Assembly: GCA_027487075.1 (NCBI GenBank)
Contig: JAIYEG010000002.1
Location: 1,244-65,243 of the forward strand
Reading direction: 5' to 3'
DNA length: 64,000 nt
From: a bacterium
GTDB lineage: Bacteria; Patescibacteriota; Minisyncoccia; Phycocordibacterales; CALRBL01
Shown here: piece by piece, positions 9,021-17,744 of the stretch
Layout: every line of letters begins with the position of its first letter
How positions within the stretch are numbered: position 1 is the stretch's first letter
Translations under genes and position numbers: made by a program
Notes under the pieces: model-generated
The model's database searches: none
The model's input: only the letters and a program-made list of their open reading frames with translations
What the model was told of the DNA's origin: nothing

Positions 9021-10265
9021 ATGTATTATCGAATCGCGCGAAATGTAGGGAATTTTTCTCGTACAGGCGCACCAGCTACTCGTCCTTCTCGTGGAGGATA
9101 TAAAGGTTCTCGAGGACCATCTCGTGGTAACTCTCGAGGTAATCGTTTCGGAGGAAGTCGTATCGACGTGTCTCGTTATATTAGCAAAGCAGTTGTTTCT
9201 GTAGAAGAGCCTGTTGCGTATGTTCCAAAACATGCCTTTGCAGATTTTCAAGTGATGCCAGGTCTCAAGAAGAATATCGAGGTAAAGGGGTATGTTCTCC
9301 CAACACCAATTCAGGATCAATCAATCCCTGTTATCCTCGAAGGAAAGGATATCGTAGGTATTGCAAACACTGGTACCGGAAAGACCGCTGCCTTTCTTAT
9401 TCCACTTATCAACAAAGTGCTCACCGGAAAGCGTGAGCAGGTCCTTATCGTTGCACCTACGCGCGAGCTTGCACTTCAGATCAATGATGAGCTCGCAGGT
9501 TTTGCTGCAGGACTCCGTATGCACTCAGTGACCTGTGTTGGTGGAATGCCTATCGGTCGTCAGCTTGCAGGACTTCGCTACCACAATGAATTCATCATCG
9601 GAACACCGGGTCGTATCAAAGACCTTATCGAACGAAAGGCGCTTGATCTTTCGGGATTCAAGACCGTCGTGCTCGACGAGGCTGATCGTATGCTCGACAT
9701 GGGATTCATTAATGATATGAAGTTGCTTATGTCGAAGATGTCTAAGGAAAACCGACAGACACTCTTCTTCTCAGCGACGCTTTCACCAGAAATCGATCGT
9801 CTCATTAAGGATTTCCTTAAAGACCCTGTTCGAGTTTCAGTAAAGACTCAGGACACGGCGAAGAATGTCGAACAAGACATTGTGCGCGTTGGTCCTGGTT
9901 CAACCAAGATCGACACCCTTCACGATCTTCTTTCTAAAGAAGACTTCAAGAAGGTGATCGTGTTCGGACAGACCAAGCACGGCGTCGAAAAGCTCACCGA
10001 TCTTCTTCAAAAGCGAGGTCATAAAGCGGTCTCAATTCATGGAGACAAGAATCAGGCTCAGCGACAGCGAGCACTCAACGATTTCAAACAGGATCGTATG
10101 GATATTCTTGTGGCAACAGACGTTGCGGCGCGTGGCCTTGATATTAACGATATCTCACACGTGATCAACTACGAACTTCCCACATCTCACGAAGATTATA
10201 TTCACCGCATCGGTCGAACCGGTCGAGGAAATAAGAAAGGTAAGGCCTTTACGTTCGTAGACTAG
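9021..10265 (+). CDS. DEAD-box ATP-dependent RNA helicase with an N-terminal RG/RGS-rich extension
   Basis: It carries a Q-motif, motif I 'TGTGKT', 'VLDEAD', 'SAT' and 'HRIGRTGR'. Before the Q-motif there is an approximately 60-aa Arg/Gly/Ser-rich stretch. Confidence 0.85.
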   Translation: MYYRIARNVGNFSRTGAPATRPSRGGYKGSRGPSRGNSRGNRFGGSRIDVSRYISKAVVSVEEPVAYVPKHAFADFQVMPGLKKNIEVKGYVLPTPIQDQSIPVILEGKDIVGIANTGTGKTAAFLIPLINKVLTGKREQVLIVAPTRELALQINDELAGFAAGLRMHSVTCVGGMPIGRQLAGLRYHNEFIIGTPGRIKDLIERKALDLSGFKTVVLDEADRMLDMGFINDMKLLMSKMSKENRQTLFFSATLSPEIDRLIKDFLKDPVRVSVKTQDTAKNVEQDIVRVGPGSTKIDTLHDLLSKEDFKKVIVFGQTKHGVEKLTDLLQKRGHKAVSIHGDKNQAQRQRALNDFKQDRMDILVATDVAARGLDINDISHVINYELPTSHEDYIHRIGRTGRGNKKGKAFTFVD

Positions 10266-11997
10266 TTGGTTTTCCTTTCTCAAACTCACTCAGAAAAGCT
10301 CGTATCGACACATGCTCGGTGCGAGCTTTTTCTGTTGTGTGGCGAAGCGGAGTGAGAAGTGAGTGGAGATGACGTGTATCCATGATATGGGTGAGATGAG
10401 AAAGGGCTTGTTCAGCATGTGAAAGATGAGAAGAAATGTCGGTGATGATCAGAGGAAGAACGTGCTCGAAAAAGTGGGTGGTGAGATCGGTCCGACCACA
10501 CATGTGCACACTCGCGCTATTGATAAAACCGCGCTTAAGGTCATCAGGCCAATCGTGTGCGTCATCATTCATTTGACGTGCAATAAGGTAGTGTACAAAG
10601 AACGTGTGGAGGTGCTGGTACTCTGGCGAATCGGGAGTGAAGCCAAGACGTATCATGATGGTGAGTGGGCCACATGCGTGACCGATTGATTTCTCGGCAA
10701 GGACGTGGTGGCTGCCATAGTCGGGGCGGACCGCAGGCTTGTAGCAGTGTTCATATTCCCACCTGTTTGCCTGATCGATTGTGTCGAGGAGTGACAGAAT
10801 GGTGGAAAGGTGTGGTGAGTCTGCGAGTGCTTCACAAAAGAGCGAGGTGGTGGCACGCAGATGTGTGTTTGCTTCAGAGAGCTGTGAGACAGGGGCTTCG
10901 TGATCGAGAATATTGTCATATATGGTATACGCTCTCCATCCATGTTCTGTTGCCTTGCAGAGTGTTGTGATAGTTGCTTTGTTTAGTTGTTTTTTCAGAG
11001 ATGGCACGAGGTGATCGTAGAAAGCTTGTGGTAGAAGATGTGGGGTTTCGATGGTGAGGTGAGCAGGTTTGTTGCACTGTGTGGCGAGGTGTAAAGCTTC
11101 GAGGGTGAGTGCATGGGTAAGCGCGGGATTTCCGACATGTGTGTGCTTTCCACCCTTATCTCGTTCAAGGTAGAGGGGAAATGTTTCCCATGTGTGATTG
11201 CGAGCAAGTGCTTGGATATCTTCGTGAAGAAGGGTGGGTGGATATCCGAAGTTGATGAGAGTGGTCACACGAAGTGCTCGTTCAAGAATATTCTGGGGAG
11301 TGTAAGAAAGTGTGCGGGTGATAAATTCTTGAGTATGTGTTCCTGAATATCCCTTTGATATGAAATAGAGTGCCGAAAGCGGTGGATAATATGCAGAGAT
11401 AAGTGACGTTAGTGCTGATTCTATAAAAGCATTCAGATTCGGAAGCTCAACGTTTTGAAGTTTGAGAATATGTGCAATGTTTGCATTCACCACTACGTCT
11501 ACATCACTCCATTCGGCTGGTCGAGGGTGCGGATGAATCCATGTGTAGTAGGGTCCACCGAGTGTGGTTTCTGATAGAATGAGTATTTTGCTATATGACG
11601 CAAGCTTATTGGTGACAAAATCGGTGTGTCCTGCAAGGTGAAGAGCGGTGAGTGTGACTGAGAGGACGTCAAGATCATCAGGACATCGGTGTGTGAGATA
11701 TTGTGGTGATGAGCGTTTCCAGTAATTTATACATGATGCTTCATTAAATTCTGCCATGAGAAAAGTAGTTGCGCGTTGCAGCATATCTCTGACAGCTAGA
11801 TCGTGTGTGAGTGGTGCAAGTGCAATGACTATGAGACTAGTGATGAAAGTGGTGTGCTCATCGAAGGAACCGTCAGGAAGTTGTAGATGATGCATGTGGA
11901 TAGGGGAATGACATAGTAAATATGGTGCCCGAAGTGCTTGTTGAAACTGAAAGTGTGCCCTGAAAACCTGATTCAACAACATGCTTGGTGGTGGCAA
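10249..11997 (-). CDS. Large uncharacterized protein of about 550-580 aa, possibly with an alpha/alpha-toroid-like fold. It lies downstream of the sensor kinase.
   Basis: It is a long ORF with no recognisable catalytic motif. The annotated start overlaps the kinase gene by 125 bp in another frame, so the real start is probably an internal Met near 11895. Confidence 0.4.
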   Translation of the reverse strand: MPPPSMLLNQVFRAHFQFQQALRAPYLLCHSPIHMHHLQLPDGSFDEHTTFITSLIVIALAPLTHDLAVRDMLQRATTFLMAEFNEASCINYWKRSSPQYLTHRCPDDLDVLSVTLTALHLAGHTDFVTNKLASYSKILILSETTLGGPYYTWIHPHPRPAEWSDVDVVVNANIAHILKLQNVELPNLNAFIESALTSLISAYYPPLSALYFISKGYSGTHTQEFITRTLSYTPQNILERALRVTTLINFGYPPTLLHEDIQALARNHTWETFPLYLERDKGGKHTHVGNPALTHALTLEALHLATQCNKPAHLTIETPHLLPQAFYDHLVPSLKKQLNKATITTLCKATEHGWRAYTIYDNILDHEAPVSQLSEANTHLRATTSLFCEALADSPHLSTILSLLDTIDQANRWEYEHCYKPAVRPDYGSHHVLAEKSIGHACGPLTIMIRLGFTPDSPEYQHLHTFFVHYLIARQMNDDAHDWPDDLKRGFINSASVHMCGRTDLTTHFFEHVLPLIITDISSHLSHAEQALSHLTHIMDTRHLHSLLTPLRHTTEKARTEHVSIRAFLSEFEKGKPTSLRT

Positions 11998-13273
11998 GAC
12001 CTATGCCAATACCTCCCTGTTGTTTGGTGGTGAAGAAGGGGCTGAATATCTGAGGAAGGACATCATCGGGGATTCCCGGACCGTTGTCTTCGACGGTGAG
12101 AGTGATATGGGTATCGGTGTGGGTGAGGCCGACGCGCACCCATTTCTGAGTACTTTGTGTAGATGTGGTTAAGGATGAGGTGGTGTGAGCGTCTATCGCG
12201 TTTGAGATGAGGTTGGTAACGATATGTTGGAATTGAAGAGGGTTATGGAAGATACAAAATGGTTCGATGGTTGCGAGAGTGATATCAACCCCTGCTGCTT
12301 TAGCTTTGTAGTTTAGGAGTAAGATGGAATCTTCGATAACGGTGTTGAGACAGAAGTGTTCTTTGAGTTCATTTACTTTTATTTGTGATTTAATCGCAGA
12401 GAGGTAGCGTTCCATTTTGCTACTTGCTCCGAGTGATCGTTTGAGGTGATCTTTGATTTCTTGTAGTTCAGGATGAAGCGAGTTCTCTACTTGAGACAGA
12501 TTTAAGGAAATACTGAAGAGGGGGTTCACGAGATCGTGGAAGAGTCCTGATGAAAGTTTTCCGAATTCGGCGAAGTGACTGAGTTGGGCGGTGCGCTCGA
12601 CTACTTTGAGTTCGAGGAGGTCGCGCTCGTGTTGGAGTGCTTTTTCTGATGCGCGAGCTCGCTTGAGTGAGGCTTCTGTTTCTCGGTTTGAGAGCCACGA
12701 CACGGTCATGATTGCTGAAAGCATGAATGCGTAGAAGATGGTGTCGAGGATGGTGACGGGTTCGGATTTCCAATGGTATATCATTTGAATTGCAGATTCA
12801 TGAATTCCCATTTTTACAATAGTGGCGAAAATAATTGTTGTTATTAGTAATCCAAATAAATTCCCAATAAGAATACTTGATATGGTGATAACCAAGCTAT
12901 AACTCAATAGGTTTGCTGGAAGACTAACTCCCCATTTTGTTGCTGAGTATGTGGTAATTAAATAATAAGATGCAACAAGAAGTGTGGAAGCGGTATACAA
13001 GTGCCCTCGCTTATGCAGTACATATAAGAAAATGAAATATAAAAGAACAAGAACTATGTGATCAAAAGATGTTCCAGGTTCGTCAAATCCTAATGTTGTA
13101 GATAAATGAAGAACATACAATGAAGCAACAAATAAAAGCGTAATAGTTGAAATCAAAACAATATTTAAGATGTAAGTTCTTCTTGGTCTATTGTCTTCAG
13201 CAACACGAACACTCTCAGCTTTCCATGCTGTATATCGTGCACGATATGTAGCCAAGAGCTCGAGAGTATTCAT
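11873..13273 (-). CDS. Sensor histidine kinase with a multi-TM N-terminal domain
   Basis: It has the H-box 'HDLVNPL', the N/G boxes 'LISNAIDA' and 'VEDNGPGIP' and 'GGIGIGL'. It has about 6 N-terminal TM helices. No response regulator gene is adjacent. Confidence 0.8.
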   Translation of the reverse strand: MNTLELLATYRARYTAWKAESVRVAEDNRPRRTYILNIVLISTITLLFVASLYVLHLSTTLGFDEPGTSFDHIVLVLLYFIFLYVLHKRGHLYTASTLLVASYYLITTYSATKWGVSLPANLLSYSLVITISSILIGNLFGLLITTIIFATIVKMGIHESAIQMIYHWKSEPVTILDTIFYAFMLSAIMTVSWLSNRETEASLKRARASEKALQHERDLLELKVVERTAQLSHFAEFGKLSSGLFHDLVNPLFSISLNLSQVENSLHPELQEIKDHLKRSLGASSKMERYLSAIKSQIKVNELKEHFCLNTVIEDSILLLNYKAKAAGVDITLATIEPFCIFHNPLQFQHIVTNLISNAIDAHTTSSLTTSTQSTQKWVRVGLTHTDTHITLTVEDNGPGIPDDVLPQIFSPFFTTKQQGGIGIGLATTKHVVESGFQGTLSVSTSTSGTIFTMSFPYPHASSTTS

Positions 13274-13502
13274 GGTGATGTTGCTAATCAGCCCACGGCT
13301 GGAAAGCGTCAGATGAGAGGTTTATCTGATCGACGTTTTCACGAGCCTGTTCATTGGTAAGCACATCTTTAAGCAGGGTGCTCATGTGTATGTGTTGATT
13401 GTTCTTATAATATTCGACCTTTGTATGCATATCATACGGATTCGAAATAAAGAAACGTATAAGAACATATCACAAAACTGTGGAGAACTTTTGGAAAATT
13501 CC

Positions 13503-13531
13503 TTGACGGTGAACTAGTGTTCACCTATACT
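13503..13531 (+). promoter_or_regulatory. Sigma70-like promoter with an overlapping LexA (SOS) operator. The promoter is TTGACG, a 17-bp spacer, then TATACT. The operator is GGTGAACTAGTGTTCACC.
   Basis: A perfect 18-bp palindrome with the GAAC-N4-GTTC core (Cheo-box class) at 13508-13525 sits in the spacer between -35 (13503-13508) and -10 (13526-13531). It is 9 bp upstream of the ATG of the small-ORF and lexA operon. Confidence 0.65.
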
Positions 13532-13539
13532 ATATTCAT

Positions 13540-13728
13540 ATGAGCAAGAACAAATACATCAAAGAAATAGAGAGGGAATTACAAAGATTAAACGAAGTGA
13601 TTGATTTCAAGATTTTGCATGGACTTGCGTATAAAGAAGAAACGCGTCAGCATCGCAAGCTCTTGGATCAGATGAATGGTATCCGCCGTCAAAAGCGCAG
13701 TTTTAACCTATTTGGTATACTCTTTTAG
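13540..13728 (+). CDS. Small SOS-box-controlled protein (62 aa) co-transcribed with lexA. It has a basic, coiled N-terminal region and a hydrophobic C-terminus.
   Basis: Its ATG lies immediately downstream of the LexA operator. Its stop is 4 bp before the lexA start. The C-terminal 'SFNLFGILF' is hydrophobic. Confidence 0.5.
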   Translation: MSKNKYIKEIERELQRLNEVIDFKILHGLAYKEETRQHRKLLDQMNGIRRQKRSFNLFGILF

Positions 13729-13731
13729 TAC

Positions 13732-14307
13732 ATGTTTGCCACCTACAAGAAAAAAATAGTCGACTTTTATAAGCAGAACCGTCGTATGCCAAGCTATGGC
13801 GAGATCATGAAGCTCACCGGCTTCAAGTCAAAGAACGCTGTCTACAAACTCATCAATAAGCTCATTGAAGCGGGAGTGGTCAGCAAAGATGCCGATGGAA
13901 AGCTTATTCCCGAAGCTATCTACGGAGAAGTGATGCGCCTCACACAACCTGTCTCTGCAGGTATGGGTGCTGAAGTGCAAGAAGAATCTATTGAAAAGCT
14001 CAACCTCACTGAATGGCTTGTCGATAATGAAAGTCAGACCTACATGGTCGACGTTCAGGGTGATTCGATGAAAGACGCTTGCATCCTCGATGGCGACACA
14101 GTTCTTGTTGAACGATCATCATCATTCCGTGATGGGCAGATTGTGGTAGCTCTTATGCAAGATGGGTACACCATTAAGTATCTTCGCAAACAGGGTAGTA
14201 AGATGCATCTCGAACCCGCAAACTCTCGCTATCGTCCTATCTATCCCACTGAAGATAACCCTATCGAGCTCATTGCCGTGGTCAAAGCGGTAATCCGCAA
14301 GTTGTAG
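13732..14307 (+). CDS. lexA: LexA repressor (S24 peptidase)
   Basis: It has an N-terminal wHTH, an Ala-Gly cleavage site ('VSAGMGAEV'), Ser ('GDSM') and Lys ('IKYLRK') catalytic dyad motifs. Confidence 0.9.
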   Translation: MFATYKKKIVDFYKQNRRMPSYGEIMKLTGFKSKNAVYKLINKLIEAGVVSKDADGKLIPEAIYGEVMRLTQPVSAGMGAEVQEESIEKLNLTEWLVDNESQTYMVDVQGDSMKDACILDGDTVLVERSSSFRDGQIVVALMQDGYTIKYLRKQGSKMHLEPANSRYRPIYPTEDNPIELIAVVKAVIRKL

Positions 14308-14410
14308 GCGTGTCTCACACGCTGGGTGTTGCATATCTTGCACAATGACATGTATACCAAGGAAAGTCTGCTGCCTGAAAAGTTGAAAGGGAAAAAGTAT
14401 TTAAAATAAA

Positions 14411-14446
14411 AAAGCCGCGCCCTGTTGCCAGGGTCGCGGGGTTTAG
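14411..14446. terminator. Bidirectional rho-independent terminator between lexA and the convergent downstream gene
   Basis: The GC-rich hairpin CCGCGCCCTG-TTGC-CAGGGTCGCGG is flanked by an A-run on the 5' side (a T-run on the minus strand) and a short T-run on the 3' side. Confidence 0.55.
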
Positions 14447-14463
14447 TGAGATGAGTAAGCAGA

Positions 14464-14985
14464 TCAACGAAACAGGTAGCCAATGTCGATCATCTTGGTC
14501 AGAGTGCGAACTGAATTTTCGAGAAAATCAGTTTTTTCCACTTGAGTTTCCTTTTCTCCGGCCAACTGATTGTAGATTCGAGCGAGGATCTCACTTTCGC
14601 TCGTAATGATGATGATCTGCAGTCCGCCCTCTTTTTCGATGGCTACCACTCCATGTTTATCGATGTAGTGGTGGGAAGCGTTCATGACATCGTGTACCAC
14701 ATTTTGGCATCGATCTTGGACTGGTGTTCCGTTGTTGCGCGCTAGGTTGGGCAGTGCGTCTGCTTTCATTCCCACCGCGTTGTGCTCCAGCAGAATTTCG
14801 GTCGTCTCCGAAGCACCTCGAACTGAGCTGCAGAAAGCAAGATGAAAAAAGGGGTTAAGAGTGTCATCTCGTAACTTCCTAATTTTACAAACCTGTTCTA
14901 CGTTGAGTTGGTGGTCTGGTCCGTTGTTAGGGCACTTTAAGAAAGTGAATGTGCAGGAAATTGAAAAGAGGACAGTGTAGTCCAT
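14464..14985 (-). CDS. Hypothetical protein
   Basis: 173-aa ORF of reasonable coding appearance with a terminator downstream. No confident family assignment. Confidence 0.4.
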   Translation of the reverse strand: MDYTVLFSISCTFTFLKCPNNGPDHQLNVEQVCKIRKLRDDTLNPFFHLAFCSSVRGASETTEILLEHNAVGMKADALPNLARNNGTPVQDRCQNVVHDVMNASHHYIDKHGVVAIEKEGGLQIIIITSESEILARIYNQLAGEKETQVEKTDFLENSVRTLTKMIDIGYLFR

Positions 14986-15130
14986 AGAGGCATCCTTTCA
15001 GGTTGCGGTTCTTCGGGTGTGAGCTGTCAGTGGGACGAGCTATATAAAGAACCAAGGTTTACACCTTAATATCATTAAAAATAGAATAAGTCAAATAAAA
15101 AAATTACACACTAAAAGAGCCACCCCGTTT

Positions 15131-15649
15131 TCACGAGATGGCTTTTTGTGAGAGCTTCAGTGCTCCAGCAATGGACACGATGGCGCTGGCAATCTGGAAA
15201 TCTGCGAAGAACTGCTGTCCTTTGTGGTATCCAAGATATGCTGCGAGCACGTGTCCCAGAGCGTAGAGCCACCATCCAGCTTTCGGGTGCTGATGAGTGA
15301 GCAAGAATGTCCCAAGGAGAAGCCCGAGTGACGATCCAAGCTCTACGATCGTGATGAGTCCGCTCCAGGCAAAGTAGCCGAGTGCGAGCATCACCATAAT
15401 CGTTATCATTCGAATCCACGTTTCCACCTTCGGGTTTTTGCGTTCCTTCTTCAGGAATGCATAGACCATCAATGCGATGAGTCCAAACTCGAGAGCAGTG
15501 TAGACGTAGAGGTGAATAAGGTAAAAGTAGAAAATTGCGAGTGTTGCTGCAATCGCTCCGAGAAGCCATCCTACTTTCTTTTCAGTGAGTACGAAAACTT
15601 TCTGTGTGAAGAAGATCACTGAGACCAGGATTTGAAGTGTCCAGATCAT
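15131..15649 (-). CDS. pnuC: PnuC-family nicotinamide riboside transporter-like membrane protein
   Basis: 172 aa with multiple TM helices and Trp/Gly-rich loops ('AGWWLYALGHVLAAYLGYHKG') resembling PnuC. An RBS 'GGAGGT' precedes the ATG. Confidence 0.5.
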   Translation of the reverse strand: MIWTLQILVSVIFFTQKVFVLTEKKVGWLLGAIAATLAIFYFYLIHLYVYTALEFGLIALMVYAFLKKERKNPKVETWIRMITIMVMLALGYFAWSGLITIVELGSSLGLLLGTFLLTHQHPKAGWWLYALGHVLAAYLGYHKGQQFFADFQIASAIVSIAGALKLSQKAIS

Positions 15650-15692
15650 GTGAGGTTACCTCCATTTTTGGGTTTTCTACAGCTCTGTGAGT

Positions 15693-15736
15693 GGCTGTAT
15701 CTATAAAAGCACCTCAATGCACTTATAGATACAGCC
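15693..15736. repeat. A 14-bp-stem inverted repeat (GGCTGTATCTATAA...TTATAGATACAGCC) in the pnuC leader
   Basis: A perfect inverted repeat with a 16-nt loop between the methyltransferase stop and the pnuC start. No T-run follows on either strand. Confidence 0.5.
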
Positions 15737-15785
15737 AGATATAAAGAACCATTCTAATTATATCAATATAAATTGTATTTGTCAA

Positions 15786-16505
15786 TTAATACATCCGCTC
15801 CGCATACACCGTCACGCTGCGACGCTTTGCATTCTTGGTCTTGCGCAGGTGTCCGTGCGACTTGAGGACTTTGTGAATCTTGAAATGTGGACTGAGAAGC
15901 TGATCAATTTCCTCTTCGGTGAACACATGCTCTGCCACACCGATTTCGGGATGGATATATGAACCCGCTTCGTCTGCAGGATTTTCTTTCAGAAGACGCT
16001 TGGCATGGCGATCCTCATCGAGAAGGAATGTCTTGAAGAAGAGCCAACCCCCAGGCTTCATGATGCGGGTGAGTTCTGTGAGGAGTTCGGCGCGCTCTTC
16101 GTTGTTTAGGAAGTGCGATACCATCATGTCGAGCACGATGGTGATTGATTCATCCTCGAAGGGAAGATGTCCGGCGATAGAGCGTGCTTCGAAAGTGAGA
16201 GGAAGGTTCGATGTGGCTGCGGTCTTGCGCGCGATAGCGACTGCAGACTGCGCAATGTCATATCCAGTGCCTTTCATGCCGAATTCGCGTGAGAGGTAGA
16301 TGATATTGCGGCCATTGCCACAGCCGAGGTCGAGGACGGTCTCGCGGTGATTCAAAAATTCACCTCCCGACTCACGTTCAAGAAAGCGCACGAACTTCTG
16401 CAAGTCCTCGCTTGGTTCTTCTGAAAGGGTAAGGTGTTGACCACCGCGATACTCCTTGTCCCAGAAGCCTTGTGAACTTTTGGAGCCTTTTCTTCGCTTT
16501 TTCAT
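15786..16505 (-). CDS. Class I SAM-dependent methyltransferase
   Basis: It has the motif I 'VLDLGCGNGRN' and a downstream acidic motif II. The start is placed at 'MKKRRKGS'. Confidence 0.7.
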   Translation of the reverse strand: MKKRRKGSKSSQGFWDKEYRGGQHLTLSEEPSEDLQKFVRFLERESGGEFLNHRETVLDLGCGNGRNIIYLSREFGMKGTGYDIAQSAVAIARKTAATSNLPLTFEARSIAGHLPFEDESITIVLDMMVSHFLNNEERAELLTELTRIMKPGGWLFFKTFLLDEDRHAKRLLKENPADEAGSYIHPEIGVAEHVFTEEEIDQLLSPHFKIHKVLKSHGHLRKTKNAKRRSVTVYAERMY

Positions 16506-16527
16506 TGATTTGAGTATACTACATGCT

Positions 16528-17247
16528 ATGAGCAACAAAATCTATATTCATGGCAAACACGCCGTCAAAGAGGCCCTCGTGCATATTCCTCAGGCTATCA
16601 ATCAGGTTATGACGGCACAAGCATTCGATGACAAAGACATTATGCAGCTCGTGCGCAAAGCCGGCATCGCGCAAGGGAAGTTCGATCCTTCAAGTGCACC
16701 AAAAGGCCACCAAGGCGTGATGGCGCAGGTCCTCATGAACAATCTCGTGCGCCAAGAAAAGGCATTTTTCGAAACGCTCGAGGTGACACCTCGTACGTGT
16801 CTTGTGATATTGGGAGAGCTTCAGGATCCGCACAATGTGGGAGCAGTGATTCGTTCAGCTGCAGCGTTTGGTGCAACGGCCGTGCTCATCCCGGAACATA
16901 ATCAAGCACCGATCAATGGAACGGTGGTGAAGGTGTCTGCGGGTATGGCATTTCGTATTCCGCTTGTTGAAGTGGCAAACATCAACAACACCCTCCGCGA
17001 TCTCAAGAAGAAGGGCTTTTGGATCTACGGTCTTGAAGGGGAATCAAAGACCAGTATTCATGATGAAAAGTTTGAAGCACCAACCGCCATCATTCTCGGC
17101 AACGAAGCCGAAGGTATTCGAGAAAAAACCAAAGCACTTTGCGATGTGCTCCTCTCAATCCCCATGGATCCTCGCTGTGAGTCGCTCAACGCAGCAGCAA
17201 GTGCTGCGGTGGCTTTGTATGCGTGGAGTGTGCGACACGTGAGATAA
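16528..17247 (+). CDS. rlmB: TrmH/SpoU-family RNA 2'-O-methyltransferase (RlmB-like)
   Basis: It has the SPOUT motifs 'LVILGELQDPHNVGAVIRSAAAFG', 'ILGNEAEGI' and 'SLNAAASAAVALY'. The start is at 'MSNKIYIHG'. Confidence 0.8.
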   Translation: MSNKIYIHGKHAVKEALVHIPQAINQVMTAQAFDDKDIMQLVRKAGIAQGKFDPSSAPKGHQGVMAQVLMNNLVRQEKAFFETLEVTPRTCLVILGELQDPHNVGAVIRSAAAFGATAVLIPEHNQAPINGTVVKVSAGMAFRIPLVEVANINNTLRDLKKKGFWIYGLEGESKTSIHDEKFEAPTAIILGNEAEGIREKTKALCDVLLSIPMDPRCESLNAAASAAVALYAWSVRHVR

Positions 17248-17299
17248 AATAAAATGCCCCATCTTTTCAGATGAGGACTTGGTTGAAGTTGTTGAGAAT

Positions 17300-17695
17300 T
17301 CAGGAATGTGCGATGAGTGCAATTCCTCCACTGAGAAATAGAAGGAGTGAAATGGGTATGATAGGTTCCTTCATTATTTGGGCACGAACTTTAGAGAATG
17401 GCGTGCAGGCAATAACGAAGGATCCAACCAATCCACACAGCATACACCCTACATACCATTTCCACGAATGGGAATGATTGAGGATGCCTGAATGTGCGAT
17501 TATGAAAGGACTGATGATCCATATAATCATGATGATGGACCCTACGATTCTCTCCACTGTATTCCAGTGCGCGAATCTTTTTCCTCTTTCAGTGGTCACC
17601 CATTGATGGAGGTGGTACCCACTCACTAAGACCGAGCTGATGATCAATGGCAACAAAGCCAAGATCCCAATGCAGAGAGATGTGTCGAAGAACAT
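17300..17695 (-). CDS. Hypothetical small membrane protein
   Basis: 131 aa with 3-4 TM helices. Confidence 0.35.
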   Translation of the reverse strand: MFFDTSLCIGILALLPLIISSVLVSGYHLHQWVTTERGKRFAHWNTVERIVGSIIMIIWIISPFIIAHSGILNHSHSWKWYVGCMLCGLVGSFVIACTPFSKVRAQIMKEPIIPISLLLFLSGGIALIAHS

Positions 17696-17744
17696 AATTT
17701 AATTTAAAATATAATACTAAATTAAATTTGTCAAATATTCTCAC

